A stretch of 64,000 nucleotides of DNA from Eledone cirrhosa (GCA_964016885.1 OZ024740.1:59086001-59150000), one strand, 5' to 3'. Positions 1-14,616 are shown, counted from the first letter of the stretch. The notes: generated by a model not told the origin, from the sequence alone. A program made the numbers and translations.

Positions 1-3000
1 ACTCCCGCTGTTATAGTCTAAACCTGACTAGCTATGGAGCTGGACTCCTGCTGTTATAGTCTAAACCTGACTATCTATGGAGCTGGACTCCCACTGTTAT
101 AGTCTAAACCTGACCATCTATGGAGCTGGACTCCCACTGTTATAGTCTAAACCTGACTAGCTATGGAGCTGGATTCCCGCTGTTATAGTCCAAACCTGAC
201 CACCTATGGAGCTGGACTCCCGCTGTTATAGTCTAAACCTGACTATCTATGGAGCTGGACTCCCACTGTTATAGTCAAAACCTGACCACCTATGGAGCTG
301 GACTCCCGCTGTTATAGTCTAAACCTGACCACCTATGGAGCTGGACTCCCGCTGTTATAGTCTAAACCTGACCACCTGTGGAGCTGGACTCCCGCTGTTA
401 TAGTCTAAACCTGACCATCTATGGAGCTGGACTCCCGCTGTTATAGTCTAAACCTGACCACCTATGGAGCTGGACTCCCACTGTTATAGTCTAAACCTGA
501 CTAGCTATGGAGCTGGACTCCCACTGTTATAGTCTAAACCTGACTATCTATGGAGCTGGACTCCCGCTGTTATAGTCTAAACCTGACTAGCTATGGAGCT
601 GGACTCCCACTGTTATAGTCTAAACCTGACTATCTGTGGAGCTGGACTCCCACTGTTATAGTCTAAACCTGACCACCTATGGAGCTGGACTCCCGCTGTT
701 ATAGTCTAAACCTGACCACCTATGGAGCTGGACTCCCACTGTTATAGTCTAAACCTGACTATCTATGGAGCTGGACTCCCGCTGTTATAGTCTAAACCTG
801 ACTAGCTATGGAGCTGGATTCCCGCTGTTATAGTCCAAACCTGACTATCTATGGAGCTGGACTCCCGCTGTTATAGTCCAAACCTGACTAGCTATGGAGC
901 TGGACTCCCACTGTTATAGTCTAAACCTGACTAGCTATGGAGCTGGACTCCTGCTGTTATAGTCTAAACCTGACTATCTATGGAGCTGGACTCCCACTGT
1001 TATAGTCTAAACCTGACCATCTATGGAGCTGGACTCCCACTGTTATAGTCTAAACCTGACTAGCTATGGAGCTGGATTCCCGCTGTTATAGTCCAAACCT
1101 GACCACCTATGGAGCTGGACTCCTGCTGTTATAGTCTAAACCTGACTATCTATGGAGCTGGACTCCCACTGTTATAGTCTAAACCTGACCACCTATGGAG
1201 CTGGACTCCCGCTGTTATAGTCTAAACCTGACCACCTATGGAGCTGGACTCCCGCTGTTATAGTCTAAACCTGACCACCTATGGAGCTGGACTCCCACTG
1301 TTATAGTCTAAACCTGACTATCTATGGAGCTGGACTCCCGCTGTTGTAGTCTAAACCTGACTAGCTATGGAGCTGGATTCCCGCTGTTATAGTCCAAACC
1401 TGACTATCTATGGAGCTGGACTCCCGCTGTTATAGTCCAAACCTGACTATCTATGGAGCTGGACTCCCACTGTTATAGTCTAAACCTGACTAGCTATGGA
1501 GCTGGACTCCCACTGTTATAGTCTAAACCTGACTATCTATGGAGATGGACTCCACTGTTATAGTCTAAACCTGACTATCTATGGAGCTGGACTCCCACTG
1601 TTATAGTCTAAACCTGACTAGCTATGGAGCTGGACTCCCACTGTTATAGTCTAAACCTGACTAGCTATGGAGCTGGACTCCCACTGTTATAGTCTAAACC
1701 TGACTATCTATGGAGCTGGACTCCCACTGTTATAGTCTAAACCTGACTATCTATGGAGCTGGACTCCTGCTGTTATAGTCTAAACCTGACTATCTATGGA
1801 GCTGGACTCCCGCTGTTATAGTCTAAACCTGACTATCTATGGAGCTGGACTCCCACTGTTATAGTCTAAACCTGACTAGCTATGGAGCTGGACTCCCACT
1901 GTTATAGTCTAAACCTGACTATCTATGGAGTCGGACTCCCGCTGTTATAGTCTAAACCTGACTATCTGTGGAGCTGGACTCCCGCTGTTATAGTCTAAAC
2001 CTGACTATCTATGGAGCTGGACTCCCGCTGTTATAGTCTAAACCTGACTATCTATGGAGCTGGACTTCTGCTGTTATAGTCTAAACCTGACTAGCAATGG
2101 AGCTGGACTCCCGCTGTTATAGTCCAAACCTGAATATCTATGGAGCTGGACTCCCGCTGTTATAGTCTAAACCTGACCACCTATGGAGCTGGACTCCCGC
2201 TGTTATAGTCCAAACCTGACTAGCTATGGAGCTGGACTCCCACTGTTATAGTCTAAACCTGACTAGCTATGGAGCTGGACTCCCACTGTTATAGTCTAAA
2301 CCTGACTAGCTATGGAGCTGGACTCCCGCTGTTATAGTCTAAACCTGACTATCTATGGAGCTGGACTCCCACTGTTATAGTCTAAACCTGACTAGCTATG
2401 GAGCTGGACTCCCACTGTTATAGTCTAAACCTGACTAGCTATGGAGCTGGACTCCCGCTGTTATAGTCCAAAACTGACTATCTATGGAGCTGGACTCCCA
2501 CTGTTATAGTCTAAACCTGACTATCTATGGAGCTGGACTTCTCTGTTATAGTCTAAACCTGACTAGCTATGGAGCTGGACTCCCGCTGTTATAGTCTAAA
2601 CCTGACTATCTATGGAGCTGGACTTCTCTGTTATAGTCTAAACCTGACTATCTATGGAGCTGGACTTCTCTGTTATAGTCTAAACCTGACTAGCTATGGA
2701 GCTGGACTCCCGCTGTTATAGTCTAAACCTGACTAGCTATGGAGCTGGACTCCCGCTGTTATAGTCTAATCCTGACTATCTGTGGAGCTGGACTCCCGCT
2801 GTTATAGTCTAAACCTGACTAGCTATGGAGCTGGACTCCTGCTGTTATAGTCTAAATCTGACTAGCTATGGAGCTGGACTCCCGCTGTTATAGTCTAAAC
2901 CTGACTATCTATGGAGCTGGACTCCCGCTGTTATAGTCTAAACCTGACTAGCTATGGAGCTGGACTCCTGCTGTTATAGTCTAAACCTGACTATCTATGG

Positions 3001-6000
3001 AGCTGGACTCCCACTGTTATAGTCTAAACCTGACCATCTATGGAGCTGGACTCCCACTGTTATAGTCTAAACCTGACTAGCTATGGAGCTGGATTCCCGC
3101 TGTTATAGTCCAAACCTGACCACCTATGGAGCTGGACTCCCGCTGTTATAGTCTAAACCTGACTATCTATGGAGCTGGACTCCCACTGTTATAGTCAAAA
3201 CCTGACCACCTATGGAGCTGGACTCCCGCTGTTATAGTCTAAACCTGACCACCTATGGAGCTGGACTCCCGCTGTTATAGTCTAAACCTGACCACCTGTG
3301 GAGCTGGACTCCCGCTGTTATAGTCTAAACCTGACCATCTATGGAGCTGGACTCCCGCTGTTATAGTCTAAACCTGACCACCTATGGAGCTGGACTCCCA
3401 CTGTTATAGTCTAAACCTGACTAGCTATGGAGCTGGACTCCCACTGTTATAGTCTAAACCTGACTATCTATGGAGCTGGACTCCCGCTGTTATAGTCTAA
3501 ACCTGACTAGCTATGGAGCTGGACTCCCACTGTTATAGTCTAAACCTGACTATCTGTGGAGCTGGACTCCCACTGTTATAGTCTAAACCTGACCACCTAT
3601 GGAGCTGGACTCCCGCTGTTATAGTCTAAACCTGACCACCTATGGAGCTGGACTCCCACTGTTATAGTCTAAACCTGACTATCTATGGAGCTGGACTCCC
3701 GCTGTTATAGTCTAAACCTGACTAGCTATGGAGCTGGATTCCCGCTGTTATAGTCCAAACCTGACTATCTATGGAGCTGGACTCCCGCTGTTATAGTCCA
3801 AACCTGACTAGCTATGGAGCTGGACTCCCACTGTTATAGTCTAAACCTGACTAGCTATGGAGCTGGACTCCTGCTGTTATAGTCTAAACCTGACTATCTA
3901 TGGAGCTGGACTCCCACTGTTATAGTCTAAACCTGACCATCTATGGAGCTGGACTCCCACTGTTATAGTCTAAACCTGACTAGCTATGGAGCTGGATTCC
4001 CGCTGTTATAGTCCAAACCTGACCACCTATGGAGCTGGACTCCCGCTGTTATAGTCTAAACCTGACTATCTATGGAGCTGGACTCCCACTGTTATAGTCT
4101 AAACCTGACCACCTATGGAGCTGGACTCCCGCTGTTATAGTCTAAACCTGACCACCTATGGAGCTGGACTCCCGCTGTTATAGTCTAAACCTGACCACCT
4201 ATGGAGCTGGACTCCCACTGTTATAGTCTAAACCTGACTATCTATGGAGCTGGACTCCCGCTGTTGTAGTCTAAACCTGACTAGCTATGGAGCTGGATTC
4301 CCGCTGTTATAGTCCAAACCTGACTATCTATGGAGCTGGACTCCCGCTGTTATAGTCCAAACCTGACTATCTATGGAGCTGGACTCCCACTGTTATAGTC
4401 TAAACCTGACTAGCTATGGAGCTGGACTCCCACTGTTATAGTCTAAACCTGACTATCTATGGAGATGGACTCCACTGTTATAGTCTAAACCTGACTATCT
4501 ATGGAGCTGGACTCCCACTGTTATAGTCTAAACCTGACTAGCTATGGAGCTGGACTCCCGCTGTTATAGTCTAAACCTGACTATCTATGGAGCTGGACTC
4601 CCACTGTTATAGTCTAAACCTGACTAGCTATGGAGCTGGACTCCCGCTGTTATAGTCTAAACCTGACTAGCTATGGAGCTGGACTCCCGCTGTTATAGTC
4701 TAAACCTGACTATCTATGGAGCTGGACTCCCACTGTTATAGTCTAAACCTGACTATCTATGGAGCTGGACTCCCACTGTTATAGTCTAAACCTGACTATC
4801 TATGGAGCTGGACTCCTGCTGTTATAGTCTAAACCTGACTATCTATGGAGCTGGACTCCCGCTGTTATAGTCTAAACCTGACTATCTATGGAGCTGGACT
4901 CCCACTGTTATAGTCTAAACCTGACTAGCTATGGAGCTGGACTCCCACTGTTATAGTCTAAACCTGACTATCTATGGAGTCGGACTCCCGCTGTTATAGT
5001 CTAAACCTGACTATCTGTGGAGCTGGACTCCCGCTGTTATAGTCTAAACCTGACTATCTATGGAGCTGGACTCCCGCTGTTATAGTCTAAACCTGACTAT
5101 CTATGGAGCTGGACTTCTGCTGTTATAGTCTAAACCTGACTAGCAATGGAGCTGGACTCCCGCTGTTATAGTCCAAACCTGAATATCTATGGAGCTGGAC
5201 TCCCGCTGTTATAGTCTAAACCTGACCACCTATGGAGCTGGACTCCCGCTGTTATAGTCCAAACCTGACTAGCTATGGAGCTGGACTCCCACTGTTATAG
5301 TCTAAACCTGACTAGCTATGGAGCTGGACTCCCACTGTTATAGTCTAAACCTGACTAGCTATGGAGCTGGACTCCCGCTGTTATAGTCTAAACCTGACTA
5401 TCTATGGAGCTGGACTCCCACTGTTATAGTCTAAACCTGACTAGCTATGGAGCTGGACTCCCACTGTTATAGTCTAAACCTGACTAGCTATGGAGCTGGA
5501 CTCCCGCTGTTATAGTCCAAAACTGACTATCTTTGGAGCTGGACTCCCACTGTTATAGTCTAAACCTGACTATCTATGGAGCTGGACTTCTCTGTTATAG
5601 TCTAAACCTGACTAGCTATGGAGCTGGACTCCCGCTGTTATAGTCTAAACCTGACTATCTATGGAGCTGGACTTCTCTGTTATAGTCTAAACCTGACTAT
5701 CTATGGAGCTGGACTTCTCTGTTATAGTCTAAACCTGACTAGCTATGGAGCTGGACTCCCGCTGTTATAGTCTAAACCTGACTAGCTATGGAGCTGGACT
5801 CCCGCTGTTATAGTCTAAACCTGACTATCTGTGGAGCTGGACTCCCGCTGTTATAGTCTAAACCTGACTAGCTATGGAGCTGGACTCCTGCTGTTATAGT
5901 CTAAATCTGACTAGCTATGGAGCTGGACTCCCGCTGTTATAGTCTAAACCTGACTATCTATGGAGCTGGACTCCCGCTGTTATAGTCTAAACCTGACTAG

Positions 6001-9000
6001 CTATGGAGCTGGACTCCTGCTGTTATAGTCTAAACCTGACTATCTATGGAGCTGGACTCCCACTGTTATAGTCTAAACCTGACCATCTATGGAGCTGGAC
6101 TCCCACTGTTATAGTCTAAACCTGACTAGCTATGGAGCTGGATTCCCGCTGTTATAGTCCAAACCTGACCACCTATGGAGCTGGACTCCCGCTGTTATAG
6201 TCTAAACCTGACTATCTATGGAGCTGGACTCCCACTGTTATAGTCAAAACCTGACCACCTATGGAGCTGGACTCCCGCTGTTATAGTCTAAACCTGACCA
6301 CCTATGGAGCTGGACTCCCGCTGTTATAGTCTAAACCTGACCACCTGTGGAGCTGGACTCCCGCTGTTATAGTCTAAACCTGACCATCTATGGAGCTGGA
6401 CTCCCGCTGTTATAGTCTAAACCTGACCACCTATGGAGCTGGACTCCCACTGTTATAGTCTAAACCTGACTAGCTATGGAGCTGGACTCCCACTGTTATA
6501 GTCTAAACCTGACTATCTATGGAGCTGGACTCCCGCGGTTATAGTCTAAACCTGACTAGCTATGGAGCTGGACTCCCACTGTTATAGTCTAAACCTGACT
6601 ATCTGTGAAGCTGGACTCCCACTGTTATAGTCTAAACCTGACCACCTATGGAGCTGGACTCCCGCTGTTATAGTCTAAACCTGACCACCTATGGAGCTGG
6701 ACTCCCACTGTTATAGTCTAAACCTGACTATCTATGGAGCTGGACTCCCACTGTTATAGTCTAAACCTGACTATCTATGGAGCTGGACTCCCACTGTTAT
6801 AGTCTAAACCTGACTATCTATGGAGCTGGACTCCTGCTGTTATAGTCTAAACCTGACTATCTATGGAGCTGGACTCCCGCTGTTATAGTCTAAACCTGAC
6901 TATCTGTGGAGCTGGACTCCCACTGTTATAGTCTAAACCTGACCACCTATGGAGCTGGACTCCCGCTGTTATAGTCTAAACCTGACCACCTATGGAGCTG
7001 GACTCCCACTGTTATAGTCTAAACCTGACTATCTATGGAGCTGGACTCCCACTGTTATAGTCTAAACCTGACTATCTATGGAGCTGGACTCCCGCTGTTA
7101 TAGTCTAAACCTGACTAGCTATGGAGCTGGATTCCCGCTGTTATAGTCCAAACCTGACTATCTATGGAGCTGGACTCCCGCTGTTATAGTCCAAACCTGA
7201 CTAGCTATGGAGCTGGACTCCCACTGTTATAGTCTAAACCTGACTAGCTATGGAGCTGGACTCCCGCTGTTATAGTCTAAACCTGACTATCTATGGAGCT
7301 GGACTCCCACTGTTATAGTCTAAACCTGACTAGCTATGGAGCTGGACTCCCGCTGTTATAGTCTAAACCTGACTAGCTATGGAGCTGGACTCCCGCTGTT
7401 ATAGTCTAAACCTGACCATCTATGGAGCTGGACTCCCACTGTTATAGTCTAAACCTGACCATCTATGGAGCTGGACTCCCACTGTTATAGTCTAAACCTG
7501 ACTATCTATGGAGCTGGACTCCCACTGTTATAGTCTAAACCTGACTATCTATGGAGCTGGACTCCTGCTGTTATAGTCTAAACCTGACTATCTATGGAGC
7601 TGGACTCCCGCTGTTATAGTCTAAACCTGACTATCTATGGAGCTGGACTCCCACTGTTATAGTCTAAACCTGACTATCTATGGAGCTGGACTCCTGCTGT
7701 TATAGTCTAAACCTGACTTTCTATGGAGCTGGACTCCCGCTGTTATAGTCTAAACCTGACTAGCTGTGGAGCTGGACTCCCACTGTTATAGTCTAAACCT
7801 GACTATCTGTGGAGCTGGACTCCCGCTGTTATAGTCTAAACCTGACTATCTATGGAGCTGGACTCCCGCTGTTATAGTCTAAACCTGACTAGCTGTGGAG
7901 CTGGACTCCCGCTGTTATAGTCTAAACCTGACTATCTGTGGAGCTGGACTCCCGCTGTTATAGTCTAAACCTGACTATCTATGGAGCTGGACTCCCGCTG
8001 TTATAGTCTAAACCTGACTAGCTGTGGAGCTGGACTCCCGCTGTTATAGTCCAAACCTGACTATCTGTGGAGCTGGACTCCCGCTGTTATAGTCTAAACC
8101 TGACTAGCTATGGAGCTGGACTCCCGCTGTTATAGTCTAAACCTGACCATCTATGGATTTGGACTCCCGCTGTTATAGTCTAAACCTGACTAGCTATGGA
8201 GCTGGACTCCCACTGGTATAGTCTAAACCTGACTAGCTATGGAGCTGGACTCCCGCTGTTATAGTCTAAACCTATCTATCTATGGAGCTGGACTCCCACT
8301 GTTATAGTCTAAACCTGACTAGCTATGGAGCTGGACTCCCACTGTTATAGTCTAAACCTGACTAGCTATGGAGCTGGACTCCCACTGTTATAGTCTAAAC
8401 CTGACCACCTATGGAGCTGGACTCCCACTGTTATAGTCTAAACCTGACTATCTATGGAGCTGGACTCCCGCTGTTATAGTCTAAACCTGACTAGCTATGG
8501 AGCTGGACTCCCACTGGTATAGTCTAAACCTGACCACCTATGGAGCTGGACTCCCGCTGTTATAGTCTAAACCTGACCACCTATGGAGCTGGACTCCCGC
8601 TGTTATAGTCTAAACCTGACCACCTGTGGAGCTGGACTCCCGCTGTTATAGTCTAAACCTGACCATCTATGGAGCTGGACTCCCGCTGTTATAGTCTAAA
8701 CCTGACCACCTATGGAGCTGGACTCCCACTGTTATAGTCTAAACCTGACTAGCTATGGAGATGGACTCCCACTGTTATAGTCTAAACCTGACTATCTATG
8801 GAGCTGGACTCCCGCTGTTATAGTCTAAACCTAACTAGCTATGGAGCTGGACTCCCACTGTTATAGTCTAAACCTGACTATCTGTGGAGCTGGACTCCCA
8901 CTGTTATAGTCTAAACCTGACCACCTATGGAGCTGGACTCCCACTGTTATAGTCTAAACCTGACTATCTATGGAGCTGGACTCCCGCTGTTATAGTCTAA

Positions 9001-11428
9001 ACCTGACTAGCTATGGAGCTGGATTCCCGCTGTTATAGTCCAAACCTGACTATCTATGGAGCTGGACTCCTGCTGTTATAGTCTAAACCTGACTATCTAT
9101 GGAGCTGGACTCCCGCTGTTATAGTCTAAACCTGACTATCTATGGAGCTGGACTCCCACTGTTATAGTCTAAACCTGACTATCTATGGAGCTGGACTCCT
9201 GCTGTTATAGTCTAAACCTGACTATCTATGGAGCTGGACTCCCGCTGTTATAGTCTAAACCTGACTAGCTGTGGAGCTGGACTCCCACTGTTATAGTCTA
9301 AACCTGACTATCTGTGGAGCTGGACTCCCGCTGTTATAGTCTAAACCTGACTATCTATGGAGCTGGACTCCCGCTGTTATAGTCTAAACCTGACTAGCTG
9401 TGGAGCTGGACTCCCGCTGTTATAGTCTAAACCTGACTATCTGTGGAGCTGGACTCCCGCTGTTATAGTCTAAACCTGACTATCTATGGAGCTGGACTCC
9501 CGCTGTTATAGTCTAAACCTGACTAGCTGTGGAGCTGGACTCCCGCTGTTATAGTCCAAACCTGACTATCTGTGGAGCTGGACTCCCGCTGTTATAGTCT
9601 AAACCTGACTAGCTATGGAGCTGGACTCCCGCTGTTATAGTCTAAACCTGACCATCTATGGAGCTGGACTCCCGCTGTTATAGTCTAAACCTGACTAGCT
9701 ATGGAGCTGGACTCCCACTGGTATAGTCTAAACCTGACTAGCTATGGAGCTGGACTCCCGCTGTTATAGTCTAAACCTGACTATCTATGGAGCTGGACTC
9801 CCACTGTTATAGTCTAAACCTGACTAGCTATGGAGCTGGACTCCCACTGTTATAGTCTAAACCTGACTAGCTATGGAGCTGGACTCCCACTGTTATAGTC
9901 TAAACCTGACCACCTATGGAGCTGGACTCCCACTGTTATAGTCTAAACCTGACTATCTATGGAGCTGGACTCCCACTGTTATAGTCTAAACCTGACTATC
10001 TATGGAGCTGGACTCCCACTGTTATAGTCCAAACCTGACTAGCTATGGAGCTGGACTCCCGCTGTTATAGTCTAAACCTGACTATCTGTGGAGCTGGACT
10101 CCCGCTGTTATAGTCTAAACCTGACTAGCTATGGAGCTGGACTCCCGCTGTTATAGTCTAAACCTGACTATCTATGGAGCTGGACTCCCGCTGTTATAGT
10201 CCAAACCTGACTATCTATGGAGCTGGACTCCCGCTGTTATAGTCTAAACCTGACTATCTATGGAGCTGGACTCCCACTGTTATAGTCCAAACCTGACTAG
10301 CTATGGAGCTGGACTCCCGCTGTTATAGTCCAAACCTGACTAGCTATGGAGCTGGACTCCCACTGTTATAGTCTAAACCTGACTATCTATGGAGCTGGAC
10401 TTCTCTGTTATAGTCTAAACCTGACTAGCTATGGAGCTGGACTCCCGCTGTTATAGTCTAAACCTGACTATCTATGGAGCTGGACTCCCACTGTTATAGT
10501 CTAAACCTGACTAGCTGTGGAGCTGGACTCCCGCTGTTATAGTCTAAACCTGACTATCTATGGAGCTGGACTCCTGCTGTTATAGTCTAAACCTGACTAG
10601 CTATGGAGCTGGACTCCCGCTGTTATAGTCTAAACCTGACTAGCTATGGAGCTGGACTCCCGCTGTTATAGTCTAAACCTGACTATCTATGGAGCTGGAC
10701 TCCCACTGTTATAGTCTAAACCTGACTAGCTGTGGAGCTGGACTCCCACTGTTATAGTCCAAACCTGACTATCTATGGAGCTGGACTCCCACTGTTATAG
10801 TCTAAACCTGACTAGCTATGGAGCTGGACTCCCGCTGTTATAGTCTAAACCTGACTATCTATGGAGCTGGACTCCCACTGTTATAGTCTAAACCTGACTA
10901 GCTGTGGAGCTGGACTCCCACTGTTATAGTCCAAACCTGACTATCTATGGAGCTGGACTCCCACTGTTATAGTCTAAACCTGACTATCTATGGAGCTGGA
11001 CTCCCACTGTTATAGTCTAAACCTGACTATCTATGGAGCTGGACTCCCGCTGTTATAGTCCAAACCTGACTATCTATGGAGCTGGACTCCCGCTGTTATA
11101 GTCTAAACCTGACCATCTGTGGAGCTGGACTCCCGCTGTTATAGTCTAAACCTGACTATCTATGGAGCTGGACTCCCGCTGTTATAGTCTAAACCTGACT
11201 ATCTGTGGAGCTGGACTCCCGCTGTTATAGTCCAAACCTGACTATCTGTGGAGCTGGACTCCCGCTGTTATAGTCTAAACCTGACTATCTATGGAGCTGG
11301 ACTCCCGCTGTTATAGTCTAAACCTGACTATCTATGGAGCTGGACTCCCGCTGTTATAGTCCAAACCTGACTATCTGTGGAGCTGGACTCCCACTGTTAT
11401 AGTCCAAACCTGACTAGCTATGGAGCTG
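1..11428. repeat. 43-bp tandem satellite, about 265 copies, open at the left window edge
   Basis: Unit ACTCCC(G/A)CTGTTATAGTC(T/C)AAACCTGAC(TAG/TAT/CAC/CAT)CT(A/G)TGGAGCTGG recurs every 43 bp; ends abruptly at ...TGGAGCTG|AGCTCC. Confidence 0.99.
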
Positions 11429-11443
11429 AGCTCCTGGGTTTTC

Positions 11444-12480
11444 CTGGATAAGGTAACTGAGGTAGTCAGAGTGAGTGATAGAATAATTAAATTTAGACTA
11501 GCCTTGGGCAATACCACAGCTTCTACACTATGTACGTGTACCCCACAAGCGAGACATGCCAATGAATAAAAAGACCATTTCTACGATGCCCTCCTACAGA
11601 TTGCCTCAATGACAGGTGAAAGTTGGCAATAAGTATAGTGATGAATTTGAAGTGCATGTAGGAGTCCACCAGGGATCAGTCCTCAGCTCACTCCTGCTTA
11701 TCCTCGTCCTTCAGGCCATTACTGAGAAGTTTAAAACTGGCACTCCTATATGTTGACAATCTAGTCCTCATAGCTGAATCCACAGGAGAGTAAGAGGCAA
11801 AATTTCGAGCATGGAGAAAGAACCTACATTTGAAATGCCTAAAAGTAAATTTAGCAAAGACAAAAGTCCCAATAAGTAAGACAGGAAGGTTATACTATCA
11901 GGAAAGTGGCCTTGTTCAATATGTCAGAAAGGGGTGGACAAAAATTCCATTAGGTGCACTCAATATAAACTATGGATGCATAAGAGATGTAGTGGGATTG
12001 CAGGCAGGCTAACAGAAAAGATAAACATTACATGCAGCAGATGCACTGGGGAAGTGAACACACGTGAAATAGATTCCCTCAGCTGCCAGGAGAGGGATCC
12101 TAGAAGTTGTTGACAGCTTTTGTTAACTCGGTGATCAAATTAGCAATGGGGGAAGGATACACAGAAAATGTGATAGCTAGGATCAGAACAGGCTGAAAGA
12201 AGTTTGGAGATCTATTACCAGTGCTAACAACAAAATGCTTTTATCTCAAGGTAGACTGTATGATGCCTGTGTATGAACCACAATGTTACATGGCAGTGAA
12301 ACATGGGCCTTGACTGCAGACGACAAGCAGAGACTAGAAAGAAATGAGTTGAGTATGCTATGATGGATGTGCATGAGCAACATAGCATAAGCAAACTGAG
12401 AGAAAAACTTGGCCTAAGAGGAATTGGATGTAGTGTGCAAGAGAGAAAACTGCTGAAGCTGTGCTGAAGAAGACCCGACC
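11444..12480 (+). mobile_element. Degenerate RTE-clade LINE fragment, APE piece fused directly to the RT C-terminal half
   Basis: Hand translation LDKVTEVVRVSDRIIKFRLALGN (matches the APE region at 39195-39060), then KYSDEFEVHVGVHQGSVLS, KVNLAKTK, LYDAC, MLHGSETW; many stops and frameshifts. Confidence 0.85.
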
Positions 12481-12762
12481 AGCAGAATACAATGTGACCT
12501 GACCTCCATGTTCCACTACAACTCACTAACAGCTATCCTCAATATCACCACACACACCCCATGCCCCCTCTCCACACATGCTCTTAGCTACCCCCTGGTG
12601 AAGTGGTTGGTTATAGGAAGGGCATCCAGCCACAGAAAGCTTGCCAAACAAAAGGTCAGGAGACTCTTCAGTCATGTCAAGGCATGACAGAGGTGATCAC
12701 ATAGGAACGCGATAAGTGGAGGGATGCTGTTCTGAGAAGAACCCGTCCAACCCACTTTTCTC

Positions 12763-12793
12763 CTGATGAAGGGCTTATGCCTGAAATGCCGTC
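12763..12793 (+). ncRNA. Degenerate hammerhead-like core
   Basis: CTGATGA-AGGGC TTAT GCCT-GAAA-TGCC-GTC; core and stem II present, stems I and III do not pair. Confidence 0.3.
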
Positions 12794-12894
12794 CCCACCC
12801 TCCACTTTCAAGCGTGAACCTAATACCAACACTGTTTGTACTGACTCTTTGTTATTGTTTTTGTTTTTTTGTTTTTTACTTCTATATATATATA

Positions 12895-12926
<32 letters not shown>

Positions 12927-13059
12927 AGGAAAATAAATTAAAAATGCAACTGGAGTCTTTTAAGAATATTTATTTATTTACTTTATTGGTTTCACTGTTC
13001 TTATGATTTGCAAAAGTAAATTTGAGATGGAGGGTTTGTGTTTCTATTGCGGTTTGTCT

Positions 13060-13094
<35 letters not shown>

Positions 13095-13243
13095 CATCAT
13101 CATCATCGTTTAACGTCTATCTTCCACGTTAGCATGGGTTTAGACAGGAATTGTCCCACTTGAGGCAAGATTGGTTGTCTTGCTCGTATAGGACTGTCTG
13201 GCAGGTTTTCTACAGCTGGATGCCCTTCCTAACACCAACCACA
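13095..13243 (-). mobile_element. RTE/SINE 3' tail fragment
   Basis: (CAT)n + CGTTTAACGTC...GCTGGATGCCCTTCCTAACACCAACC, nearly identical to 20333-20500. Confidence 0.8.
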
Positions 13244-13288
13244 TCTACAGAGCTTTCCTGTGGTCGTTTGCTGCTTGCTGTCCCAGAA

Positions 13289-14270
13289 TATATATATATT
13301 CTGGGACAGCAAGCAGCAAACAGCCACAGGAAACAAGTACCACCAAACTCTGGGAGGGCTCCCTAGAAACAGTAGACAGCTTCTGCTACCTAGGTGACCG
13401 AATTAGCAGTGGAAGTGGGTGTTCAGAAAGTATAATAACTAGGGTAAGAACGGGAAGGAAGAAGTTCAGGGAGATACTGCCACTGCTAGCTGCAAAAGGC
13501 TTTTCCCTCAAAATGAAAGGCAGACTGTATGATGCGTGTATACGAACAGCAATGTTACATGGTAGTGAGACCTGGGCGCTGTCTGTGGAAGACTTGCGTG
13601 GATTAGAAAGAAACGAAGCCTGCATGCTCCGATGGATGTGTAATAGTAATATACGCGAACGGCAAAGTATAAATAAATTGAGAGAGAGACTGAGCATAAG
13701 AGGAATCAAATGCTGTGTGCAGGAGAGGCGGATGCGTTGGTATGGACATGTGATGCGGATGACAGTTGCATAAAAAGGTGCAGAGCACTAGAAGTCGATG
13801 GAAGCCGCAGAGTGGGAAGACCCAAGAAGACCTGGGATGAGGTGATAAAAGCTGACCTTACCCAATTACACCTCTCAAGGGTAATGACACACGACCATGA
13901 CCTCTGGCGTCACGCAGTAATACAGAATACCTGACCCCCCACAGGAACAATCCGAAGCTGAAGCATATAGACAATATGCCCCCACCCCCTCCCACTGCAA
14001 AGTCGTCGTGGAGGCGCCATGGCAAAAAAGCACCTAACCCACACTGTAAAGTGGACGTGTAGGTGCCACGGAAAAAAAGCACCCAGCACTCACTGTAAAT
14101 GAGGTTGGTGTTAGGAAGGGCATCCAGCTGTAGAAATCAAGCCAGAATCAGTTTCCGTATGAGCAAGACAAGATCAGCTGACTGGACACTGCCCACAACA
14201 GGACAACCCATCTAACCCATGCTAGCGTGGAAGAACGGACGTAAAATGGTGATAACGATGATGATGATAT
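13289..14270 (+). mobile_element. 5'-truncated RTE LINE (RT C-terminus, 3'UTR, (GAT)n tail)
   Basis: ORF 13513-13773 MKGRLYDACIRTAMLHGSETW...RMRWYGHVMRM; GRPKKTW; tail GGACGTAAAATGGTGATAACGATGATGAT. Confidence 0.92.
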
Positions 14271-14616
14271 TATACATTTATGCATGCACACATACGAACA
14301 TAATACACTAGTATACATCGAAATAATTTGTTATGTATTATATGCATTATTTACTTAGTAACCAAGATCCTCAATACTCAATAAGCAACTTCTGGGAGTT
14401 AATTTTCATTTTACCAGATTTAAAAAAAAAAAAATATGCATATGTTTTTGTTCTATTTTTCTTTTTTATGACAGGAGAAAAAAGAAATTTACCCATAAAT
14501 GATGTGTTCATTTATGTTGCTTAGAGGTATCGTCAGTTCCATCATATCCCAAGTTAGAACCAAAAATAAGCGACTGCAAATCAATAAACTGGTCTTTCTG
14601 CCAATATCAGAAATTA

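Noticed and set aside
1-11428. CRISPR array or coding repeat
   Set aside because: No unique spacers, no cas genes, eukaryotic context, no long ORF; CTGACTA is not a hammerhead core and there is no GAAA
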